Assembly: GCA_003558085.1 (NCBI GenBank)
Contig: PWMT01000113.1
Coordinates: 1 to 14,936 of the forward strand
Origin: Methanobacteriaceae archaeon
Lineage (GTDB): Archaea > Methanobacteriota > Methanobacteria > Methanobacteriales > Methanobacteriaceae
Reading direction: 5' to 3'
Length of the DNA stretch: 14,936 nucleotides
A program made the translations under genes and the position numbers. Below the pieces are notes generated by a model, which worked only from the letters and a program-made list of their open reading frames with translations, had not been told where the DNA came from and searched no databases. Position 1 is the first letter of the stretch; every line of letters begins with the position of its first letter. Below, piece after piece: positions 1 to 7,184 of this stretch.

Positions 1-141
1 ATGTTCATGTATACTGGTTCCACGTCCAAAATAGATGGTTCCACCTTCTGCTCCTGCTTCACGAGCAATATTCATAATATGGCTTCCCCTTCCTGCTTCT
101 ACTATGGTGTATATTAACTTAAAACCAGAACAACTACTCAT
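1..141 (-). CDS. PII-like (GlnB superfamily) protein of the type associated with DUF1538 genes; 5' part only, runs off the window
   Basis: Not in the ORF track. My translation from ATG at 141 is MSSCSGFKLIYTIVEAGRGSHIMNIAREAGAEGGTIYFGRGTSIHEH..., with the PII-like 'A(R)EAGAxGGTIxxGRGT' motif. SD GGAGGG at 153-148. Directly downstream of two DUF1538 genes. Confidence 0.85.
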   Translation of the reverse strand, partial: MSSCSGFKLIYTIVEAGRGSHIMNIAREAGAEGGTIYFGRGTSIHEH

Positions 142-175
142 AGTATTCCCTCCTTTTTTATAATGGTCAGCATTA

Positions 176-889
176 TCATTCATCTTTTTCCCTACTTTTT
201 ATTATAATCCCTAAGATCAATATGAACATGATGGGAAACATAGCCACCAGACCCACCGTACCCAGACCCAATAATCCTGCCTCATCCCCTCTTAATCCAA
301 TAGCAATACTAGTCATAATGGGTAGGGCAAAGGTAACTATCATGGGACCAGTAGCCACTGCACCGGAATCGAAAGCTATAGGAATGAAATCCCGGGGAGT
401 GAATAAAACTAGAGCCAGAATAAACACATAACCCGGAATCAAAATCCAAGAGAGAGGTATATTCAGATAAATCCTTAATACGGAAAAAAAGAGAGCTACA
501 CCCACTCCCACGGCTATACTTAACAAAATCAAATTTTTAGGAAGATAACCTGATGATACTTTCTCTACTTCATATACAAAGACATTAACTGCAGGTTCAG
601 CTAAAATACTGAAGATTCCTATGATAAAGGCAAATATGATCACCCAATAATAATTCATTTGGGCTAAAAAAATCCCGATCGCATTACCCATAGGTATCAG
701 GCTTATCTTAGCTCCAAAGAAAAAAAAGAAAAAACCGATAATAGTCATTAAAACTCCAGATAATATTTCTAATAAATTTTTAGGAATTTTTCTCAATATT
801 ATAATCTGGAATAAGAAAAATAAAATTAAAACAGGTAATACGGCCTCAATTACTTCCCGTAGCACTCCCAAGGCAGGCATGATCTCCAT
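176..889 (-). CDS. DUF1538 family multi-pass membrane protein (second of pair)
   Basis: 237 aa, highly hydrophobic, with family motifs 'LAEPAV' and 'AFDSGAVATGPMIVTF'. Its ATG overlaps the upstream paralog's stop (TAATG at 891-887). Double stop TGA TAA. Confidence 0.88.
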   Translation of the reverse strand: MEIMPALGVLREVIEAVLPVLILFFLFQIIILRKIPKNLLEILSGVLMTIIGFFFFFFGAKISLIPMGNAIGIFLAQMNYYWVIIFAFIIGIFSILAEPAVNVFVYEVEKVSSGYLPKNLILLSIAVGVGVALFFSVLRIYLNIPLSWILIPGYVFILALVLFTPRDFIPIAFDSGAVATGPMIVTFALPIMTSIAIGLRGDEAGLLGLGTVGLVAMFPIMFILILGIIIKSREKDE

Positions 890-1593
890 TAAATCCCACC
901 TCTAAGCAGGCTCCAGATTAGAATGGCTAGCACCGGCCCAATAGATCCAATAGCCATGATTCCAAAACCAGCTTCTAGTCTATCTCTACCACCCAGTACC
1001 GAGGCAATACCCACTCCAATGGCAATCAAGAAGGGTACAGTCATGGGACCAGTGGTAACTGCTCCCAGATCATAGGCTTTAGAGATGAACTCATCTGCAA
1101 TTACGATGGAGAGCACAATAGCGGCACCATAACCTGGAATCAGTATATATGATATGGGAAAATCAATCATATTCCTTAAAATAGCTATTAAAGTAAATAT
1201 ACCCAGCCCTAATGCAGTTACATAGATCAATTCATTTTGACTGATATTTAAAACAGCTATCTGGGCGATCTGAAAGGCAACCAACCTTACGTCAGGTTCG
1301 GCAATAGTCAAGGTTAAACCTAAAAGGAAACCAAAAATCAATATCATTATAAATGCTTTTTTTTCAATAAAAGAAGATCCCATATTTTCTCCCAGAGGAA
1401 GTAATCCTTTTTTTGCTCCCTGTATAAAAAAGGTAAAACCTAAAATGGTAAATAGCAGTCCAACTATTATTTGAACAAATTCAGTCCAAGGAATTCTTAT
1501 AAAGATTACTTGGAAGATAAGGATTAAAATGATAGCGGGTGAAAGAGATCTTAAGGTGTATTTTAATTCTCTTTTTAATTCTTCTAAATAGAT
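889..1593 (-). CDS. DUF1538 family multi-pass membrane protein (first of pair); start extended beyond the ORF track to a probable non-canonical codon (ATC 1593 or ATA 1596)
   Basis: Motifs 'IAEPDV' and 'YDLGAVTTGPMTVPFL'. The frame stays open 70 codons upstream of ATG 1383 (IYLEELKRELKYTLRSLSPAIILILIFQVIFIRIPWTEFVQIIVGLLFTILGFTFFIQGAKKGLLPLGENM), which aligns by eye with the paralog's N-terminus (...FLFQIIILRKIP...GFFFFFFGAKISLIPMGNAIG). SD-like GGGGGGTGG at 1606-1598. Confidence 0.82.
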   Translation of the reverse strand: MYLEELKRELKYTLRSLSPAIILILIFQVIFIRIPWTEFVQIIVGLLFTILGFTFFIQGAKKGLLPLGENMGSSFIEKKAFIMILIFGFLLGLTLTIAEPDVRLVAFQIAQIAVLNISQNELIYVTALGLGIFTLIAILRNMIDFPISYILIPGYGAAIVLSIVIADEFISKAYDLGAVTTGPMTVPFLIAIGVGIASVLGGRDRLEAGFGIMAIGSIGPVLAILIWSLLRGGI

Positions 1594-1658
1594 TATTCCA
1601 CCCCCCTTTTAGAAATATTAATTATATATTTTTTTTTTATAGATACAATTTTTTTTTT

Positions 1659-1666
1659 AAAAAAAA
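1659..1666 (-). terminator. Possible archaeal oligo-T terminator of aroC
   Basis: T8 on the minus strand about 22 nt downstream of the aroC stop codon. Confidence 0.35.
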
Positions 1667-1687
1667 TTAATTTTTAAATATCTCGGT

Positions 1688-2779
1688 TTACAAATGGCAA
1701 GGGTTGATAAATCCACTCCTTATCATATGGTCTGCTAGGACTATAGCCACTGCTGATTCAGCTACAGGAACTATGCGGGGACAGATACAGGGGTCATGTC
1801 TACCTTTAATTTCTATTTTACTCTCCTCCATTCGCTCCAGATCAACTGTTTTTTGCAACAAGGAAATGGAAGGAGTGGGTTTAACTGCCATGCGCATCAC
1901 TACCGGCATACCAATAGAGATCCCACCTAGAACACCTCCGGAAGTATTGGTGGTAGTTTTGATGGTATCTTTTTCTATATAGAATTCATCATTAGTTTCT
2001 GATGCAGTGGATTCAGCTAAATCAAATCCAAAGCCTATTTCAACTCCTTTAACAGAACCAATACTCATTAAAGCCCGGGATAAATCCCCATCAAGTTTAT
2101 CAAATACTGGTTCCCCTATACCTGCAGGAAGGTTAAAGATAATAGTCTCTACAATGCCTCCAATAGAATCGCCCAGGGATTTAGCCTGCAGTATAGCCTC
2201 TTCCATTTTATTTGCGGCCTGAGGATCAGCACATCGAACCGGATTTCTCTTAGAATATTCTTCAATTAAATCTAAATTAACCTTGTGGGATTTTACTTTA
2301 CCAATCTGAGTAACGTGGGCTATAACTTTAATATTTACAGTATTCAGTAATTTTTTAGCCACAGCACCACCAATAACATGGCCAATGGTTATGCGGCCGC
2401 TTCCTCTTCCTCCGCCTCGATAATCATAATGCTTATAACGACTAATCCACCCATAGTCACCATGGCCTGGTCGAGGCTTATTTTTGAGGTCTTCATATGC
2501 TGCTGAATCAACATCCTTATTATAGACTACAGCGGCGATAGGGGTGCCATCAGTTTTACCCTCAAATACACCAGATAATATTTCGACCTGATCTTGTTCA
2601 CTTCTGCTACTGGTGATATCACTAGTTCCCGGTCTTCTTTTATTTAATTCTACCTGGATATCTTCTTCATTTAATTCTAATCCTGCAGGACATCCATCAA
2701 CTACAGCACCTAAGGCTCTACCATGACTAGATCCAAAAGTGGTTACGCTGAACATCTTACCAGTGGTGTTTCCTGCCAT
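1688..2779 (-). CDS. aroC: Chorismate synthase
   Basis: 363 aa with '[21 protein letters not shown]', 'RRPG', 'PRPGHGD', 'RGGGRGSGR', 'GGVLGGIS', 'VKPTPSI' and '[10 protein letters not shown]'. SD AAGGAG upstream. Confidence 0.97.
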   Translation of the reverse strand: MAGNTTGKMFSVTTFGSSHGRALGAVVDGCPAGLELNEEDIQVELNKRRPGTSDITSSRSEQDQVEILSGVFEGKTDGTPIAAVVYNKDVDSAAYEDLKNKPRPGHGDYGWISRYKHYDYRGGGRGSGRITIGHVIGGAVAKKLLNTVNIKVIAHVTQIGKVKSHKVNLDLIEEYSKRNPVRCADPQAANKMEEAILQAKSLGDSIGGIVETIIFNLPAGIGEPVFDKLDGDLSRALMSIGSVKGVEIGFGFDLAESTASETNDEFYIEKDTIKTTTNTSGGVLGGISIGMPVVMRMAVKPTPSISLLQKTVDLERMEESKIEIKGRHDPCICPRIVPVAESAVAIVLADHMIRSGFINPCHL

Positions 2780-3246
2780 TTAAATTGCTCCTTTCATGCA
2801 TTTCTCAAAAGAAATATTATTAATTTACCTTTAAAACATAATCTTTAAAAAAACATTAGTTTTTATTATCTTTACTTTTTAAAACTATAAAGATATGCCT
2901 TTCCTAATACTTCTATTACTATATAAGTTAACTCTAAATACTAAATTTACAGGGAAATACCGGTCAGAAGGCAATATAGGTCATTTAATTACTTCTTTGC
3001 AATATTTTAAGATTAAAATTTATTATAATTATGTTTTACTCTATTTTACTATGGATCAGCTACTTAAGTATTGAGTTAAAGATTTAAAAATAGAATGAGA
3101 TAATTCATAAGCATTTCCTTCTTTATCATCCAAAATTCTTTATTAGTAATATTAATAAATATAATAACTTTAATAGTTTTATTTTAGACTTAATGCAGAA
3201 TCTTTTTTCAGGTAGATGATTATTATAGAATTATAGGTGCTGATTC

Positions 3247-3966
3247 ATGATAAAAGCTCAACTAAAAAATACTAATATTTTTAGAGAGATATTTGATAAA
3301 TTAATGAATCATTACGGAATGCAGGGCTGGTGGCCTCTAATAAATTTTAACGGTACCAATCCCACAAAAACCTGTTCACTGCAGGGATATCATCCAGGAA
3401 ATTATGAGCTACCAGAAAATGATCTACAAAGTTATGAGATAATGTTAGGAGCGATACTGACCCAGAATACTAAGTGGAAATCTGCCCAGAAGGCTCTATT
3501 TAATCTCTATGAAATTACAAGACTTGAACCTCAAAATATACTAATTTTAAGAGAAGATATAATGAAAGAGGCTATTCGATGCGCTGGCTTTTTCAATCAG
3601 AAGGCGGAATACCTTAAAAGGATTACTGAATTTTTCCTGAAATTAGAAGGGTCTACACCTGAGCGCAAAGAAATTTTAAGGGTAAAAGGTGTGGGTGAGG
3701 AAACAGCTGATTCTATTTTACTTTATGCTTATAAAAAACCAGAATTTGTGGTGGATGCTTATACTAAACGCATATTCCACCACTTAGGTTTTATCAAAGA
3801 GAATGAAAAATATAGGGTGGTGAAAAAACTTTTTGAATCAAATTTACCTCAAGCGGTGCCTCTTTTCCAAGAATATCATGCCCTGTTAGTGGAACATGCT
3901 AAAAGATACTATACTAAAAAACCCTATCAAGATGAATTACTAACAGACCTGATTCCAAATCTGTAA
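3247..3966 (+). CDS. HhH-GPD superfamily DNA glycosylase (endonuclease III-related, COG2231-like, no Fe-S cluster)
   Basis: Motifs 'YGMQGWWP', 'EIMLGAILTQNTKW', HhH 'ILRVKGVGEETADSILLYA', 'FVVDAYTKRI' and 'FQEYHALLVEHAK'. No C-terminal four-Cys cluster motif. SD AGGTG at 3235-3239. Confidence 0.9.
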   Translation: MIKAQLKNTNIFREIFDKLMNHYGMQGWWPLINFNGTNPTKTCSLQGYHPGNYELPENDLQSYEIMLGAILTQNTKWKSAQKALFNLYEITRLEPQNILILREDIMKEAIRCAGFFNQKAEYLKRITEFFLKLEGSTPERKEILRVKGVGEETADSILLYAYKKPEFVVDAYTKRIFHHLGFIKENEKYRVVKKLFESNLPQAVPLFQEYHALLVEHAKRYYTKKPYQDELLTDLIPNL

Positions 3967-4018
3967 TTACAGTTTTCGGGAACGAAGAATTATTCTATTC
4001 AAATTAAATTGTATCAAA

Positions 4019-4093
4019 ATCTATTTTTAGTTTGTAGTGATTAACCTTAATCGGGTTATCTATTTTAGTTATAGTGATAACCTTATTTGGGTT
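4019..4093. repeat. Degenerate tandem direct repeat (2 copies, about 36-39 bp), each carrying a TAACC-N7-GGTT palindrome
   Basis: Copy 1 ATCTATTTTTAGTTTGTAGTGATTAACCTTAATCGGGTT (4019-4057); copy 2 ATCTATTTTAGTTATAGTGATAACCTTATTTGGGTT (4058-4093). Confidence 0.8.
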
Positions 4094-4154
4094 TAATTTA
4101 AAATATTCTTAAATTGAATTCATTTAATTTAAAATATGGGAGATCAGGAAAAAA

Positions 4155-5018
4155 ATGGCCCTAGATTTTTCAGATATTAGTGTTAGAATTATCAAATTAT
4201 CCTTCAAAACCAGATTCACACTCTCAAAACTCTGTAGACAAATTCCTATCATGGCCTGGCTGGTGGATAAGTTATTCTTTGAAGGCGATGATATACTAGT
4301 TCTTCCCCGAGATAATACCATTAAAAATTTAGATCTTCATTTAGATTCCATTGATCTTAATCAAAACATTCCAGTATCCCAGGATACGGTCTTACCTAGC
4401 CAAGTGTTAAAAGAAATCATTCATAAATCCAGAGATCATGTCATAATGGACCAATGTATTTGTCGAGTTTCCAGTGACTGTCAAGACTATCCTCCTAATT
4501 TGGGATGTCTATTTTTGGGTAAAGGAGCTACTAAAATATCTCCCAAACTAGGTAGGCGCGTTACTGCTAAAGAAGCCATAAAACATGTAGATAAATGTCA
4601 GGGAGCTGGCCTAGTGCACATAATAGGTAGGAACAAAATAGACAGTGTATGGCTGAATACAGGACCTAAAGAAGATCTATTATCTATTTGTAACTGTTGT
4701 CCGTGTTGTTGTTTATGGAAAATGACTCCTGAATTGCCAGATGATCTGGCAAAAAGTATTTCCTCTATGATTGGAGTGGAGATAATCTTTAATGAGGAAC
4801 TGTGCCAGGGATGTGGTCAGTGCACCAGAGATATTTGCTTTGTTGATGCCATTAGTTTAAAAAAGGGAAAAGCAGTTAGAGATAATAAAAAATGCAGGGG
4901 TTGCGGTCGATGCGCTGAAAATTGTAATCAAGATGCATTTATTGTTGAAATAAAATCTGATGCAGTTAAAAGCTCCATCGAACATGTGGAAACATTGGTA
5001 GATGTAGAGTCTGCTTAA
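4155..5018 (+). CDS. Cys-rich iron-sulfur protein with a C-terminal 2x[4Fe-4S] ferredoxin-like domain; function unknown
   Basis: 287 aa with '[11 protein letters not shown]', 'ICNCCPCCC', and C-terminal '[13 protein letters not shown]' and '[12 protein letters not shown]' motifs. Confidence 0.85.
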   Translation: MALDFSDISVRIIKLSFKTRFTLSKLCRQIPIMAWLVDKLFFEGDDILVLPRDNTIKNLDLHLDSIDLNQNIPVSQDTVLPSQVLKEIIHKSRDHVIMDQCICRVSSDCQDYPPNLGCLFLGKGATKISPKLGRRVTAKEAIKHVDKCQGAGLVHIIGRNKIDSVWLNTGPKEDLLSICNCCPCCCLWKMTPELPDDLAKSISSMIGVEIIFNEELCQGCGQCTRDICFVDAISLKKGKAVRDNKKCRGCGRCAENCNQDAFIVEIKSDAVKSSIEHVETLVDVESA

Positions 5019-5034
5019 ACAAATCTTATCATAG

Positions 5035-5051
5035 AGGAAAAGATTTATTAA
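5035..5051 (+). promoter_or_regulatory. Candidate BRE + TATA box for the hemB-citG-like-pheS unit
   Basis: Purine-rich AGGAAAAG followed by TTTATTAA (5044-5051), matching archaeal promoter layout. The AT-rich background lowers specificity. Confidence 0.4.
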
Positions 5052-5198
5052 AATTTAATGCCCTTAACTAAATATATGATATCATATTAAATTAGTTTAT
5101 TTATTTAATAGTATATGCACGCTTGCTTTGAGCTGATTCTCTATCAGGAGTGTAAAATATAAGGATTACTTTATTTATAATTATTATCTGGTGGTTGA

Positions 5199-6167
5199 AT
5201 GGAATTTCCTGTAACTCGAATGCGTCGTTTAAGAAAAAATTCTCAGATTAGGGATATTTTACGAGAAACAAAACTCTCAGCTGAAGACTTAATATATCCT
5301 ATTTTCATTAAAGAAGAACTTAAAAAAGGTCAAGTAGAATCCATTGACACTATGCCTGGAGAGAAACGTTATTCCCTGGAAGATATGGTGGATGAAGCAA
5401 AAATTTTAGAGGATAAGGGTTTAAAATCGATTTTATTATTTGGTGTGCCTCGACAAAAGGATGAGGTGGGTTCATCCGCCTATGATCCGCAGGGAATTGT
5501 GCAAAAATCCATTAAAATTTTAAAAGAAGAAACAGACTTGGTGGTTATGAGTGATGTTTGTCTCTGTCAGTACACCACCCAGGGGCACTGCGGTATCCTG
5601 GAAAATGAGGAGATAGTTAATGATGAGACCCTGGAATATCTCTCTCAAATTGCTTTAACTCATGCAGAAGCAGGTGCTGATGTGGTAGCCCCTTCAGACA
5701 TGATGGATGGTAGGGTAGAATCAATAAGAGAGATATTGGATGTCAATGGTTTTGATGATGTTTTGATCATGTCCTATGCTGCCAAATATGCTTCTGCTTT
5801 TTATGCTCCCTTCAGGGATGCGGTTTGCTCTGCGCCCTGTTTTGGTGATAGGAAAACTTATCAAATGGATCCTTCTAATTCTCAAGAAGCTATAAGAGAA
5901 GCTGAACTAGATCTAATAGAAGGGGCAGATATTCTAATGGTAAAACCAGCCTTACCTTATCTAGACATTATAAAAAAGATTAAAGATGAATTTAAAGTAC
6001 CTACAGCTGCTTATAATGTAAGTGGTGAGTATTCTATGCTTAAAGCAGGGATAGAGGCAGGTTATCTTAGTGAAGACTCTATCTGGGAGGCTTTATTATC
6101 TATTAAAAGGGCTGGAGCTGATTTGATCATAACTCATTTTGCAGGAGACTTTCTGCAGAAATTATAA
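5199..6167 (+). CDS. hemB: Porphobilinogen synthase (delta-aminolevulinate dehydratase), Zn-type
   Basis: 'RMRRLR', Zn site '[14 protein letters not shown]', '[10 protein letters not shown]', '[17 protein letters not shown]', '[11 protein letters not shown]' and '[10 protein letters not shown]'. Confidence 0.98.
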   Translation: MEFPVTRMRRLRKNSQIRDILRETKLSAEDLIYPIFIKEELKKGQVESIDTMPGEKRYSLEDMVDEAKILEDKGLKSILLFGVPRQKDEVGSSAYDPQGIVQKSIKILKEETDLVVMSDVCLCQYTTQGHCGILENEEIVNDETLEYLSQIALTHAEAGADVVAPSDMMDGRVESIREILDVNGFDDVLIMSYAAKYASAFYAPFRDAVCSAPCFGDRKTYQMDPSNSQEAIREAELDLIEGADILMVKPALPYLDIIKKIKDEFKVPTAAYNVSGEYSMLKAGIEAGYLSEDSIWEALLSIKRAGADLIITHFAGDFLQKL

Positions 6168-6231
6168 ATTTAAATATTATAAGGATATTCATCTAAAATG
6201 ATTTAAAAGGTTGTTATTGAGGTATTAATTA

Positions 6232-7152
6232 ATGGATGTAGATTATGTGGTTAAAGCGGCCCAGATAGCATCTTTATTAGAAGTTAGCGGCCATCCAAAA
6301 CCAGGAAACGTTCATCGTAATCGTGACTTTGAGGATATGGTTTTTGAAGATTTTTTAATTAGCGGTGTAGTTATTGGTGATATTATAGCTAAAGCAGCTT
6401 TACAGGGTGAAAGTTTAAGAGAATCCTCAAATTTATCATCACTTGCACTTGGAAAATTAATCTTAGAGGCGGTGGAAGAGACCAATAAATGGGTATTAAC
6501 TAATACTAATTTAGGGATAATAATGTTATTCATACCCCTATCTGCTGCAGCTGGAATGAGCACTAACCTTAGTGAATTACAAAAAAATGTGGGGAAAATA
6601 ATGGCTCAAACCACTCCTGAAGATGCTGTTAATTTATATAAAGCCATTTATTTAGCTGATGCTGGAGGAATGGGTGAGAGAGAAGATTTGGATGTTAACA
6701 GTAAGGATTCAGAGCAAGAACTTTTAGATAAAAATGTTAATTTATTTCAGGTTCTAGATATTTCTGCACAATGGGATTTATTGGCCAGAGAACTGACCAC
6801 GGCCATGCCTATCACTTTCGATTATGGATACCCGGTTTTTAAATCAATTAGGAAAGATTATGGTATAAATTCTGCCACGGTACAGACTTTTTTAACTATT
6901 TTATCCCATTTCCCAGACTCCCTAATCTCACGAAAATATGGTTTAACCATATCTCAAGAAGTTTCAAAGGAGGCCCAGCAGATATTAGATCAGGGAGGAA
7001 TATTAACTAATCCCGGAAGATTTAGACTTAAAAAATTCGATGAATATTTAGCCCATCACAATATAAATCCAGGCACCACTGCAGATTTAACTGCTTCTTC
7101 TATTATGGTGGCATTGTTAGAAAATATTAACCAATATCATTTACAATTTTAA
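6232..7152 (+). CDS. citG: CitG/MdcB family protein (triphosphoribosyl-dephospho-CoA synthase-like), archaeal type
   Basis: 'LLEVSGHPKPGNVHR', 'NTNLGIIML', 'DSLISRKYG' and 'NPGTTADL' motifs. SD GAGGT upstream. The actual substrate in methanogens is uncertain. Confidence 0.88.
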   Translation: MDVDYVVKAAQIASLLEVSGHPKPGNVHRNRDFEDMVFEDFLISGVVIGDIIAKAALQGESLRESSNLSSLALGKLILEAVEETNKWVLTNTNLGIIMLFIPLSAAAGMSTNLSELQKNVGKIMAQTTPEDAVNLYKAIYLADAGGMGEREDLDVNSKDSEQELLDKNVNLFQVLDISAQWDLLARELTTAMPITFDYGYPVFKSIRKDYGINSATVQTFLTILSHFPDSLISRKYGLTISQEVSKEAQQILDQGGILTNPGRFRLKKFDEYLAHHNINPGTTADLTASSIMVALLENINQYHLQF

Positions 7153-7184
7153 GCTAAAAAGGCTGAAATATAGGATGTGAATAA

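Noticed and set aside
222..431. 69-aa plus-strand ORF
   Set aside because: Antisense shadow of the DUF1538 gene with no recognisable motifs.
1704..2222. Plus-strand ORFs 1704-1982 and 2007-2222
   Set aside because: Antisense shadows inside aroC.
3061..3070. 10-bp palindrome TACTTAAGTA
   Set aside because: Short AT-rich palindrome expected by chance, with no positional support.
3975..3986. TTCG-N4-CGAA dyad after the glycosylase stop, reminiscent of MsvR half-sites
   Set aside because: Only 4-bp arms, the spacer is shorter than in the MsvR boxes I recall, and it is far from the next start; likely chance.
4019..4093. Possible mini-CRISPR (about 37-bp palindromic repeats)
   Set aside because: Copies are directly adjacent with no spacer, there are only two degenerate units, and no cas genes are present.
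4124..4321. 65-aa minus-strand ORF
   Set aside because: Antisense to the Fe-S protein gene with no features of its own.
5075..5136. Possible box C/D sRNA (ATGATA ... CTGA)
   Set aside because: The C box does not match RTGATGA, and there are no C'/D' boxes or terminal stem.
6312..6563. 83-aa minus-strand ORF
   Set aside because: Antisense shadow of the citG-like gene.
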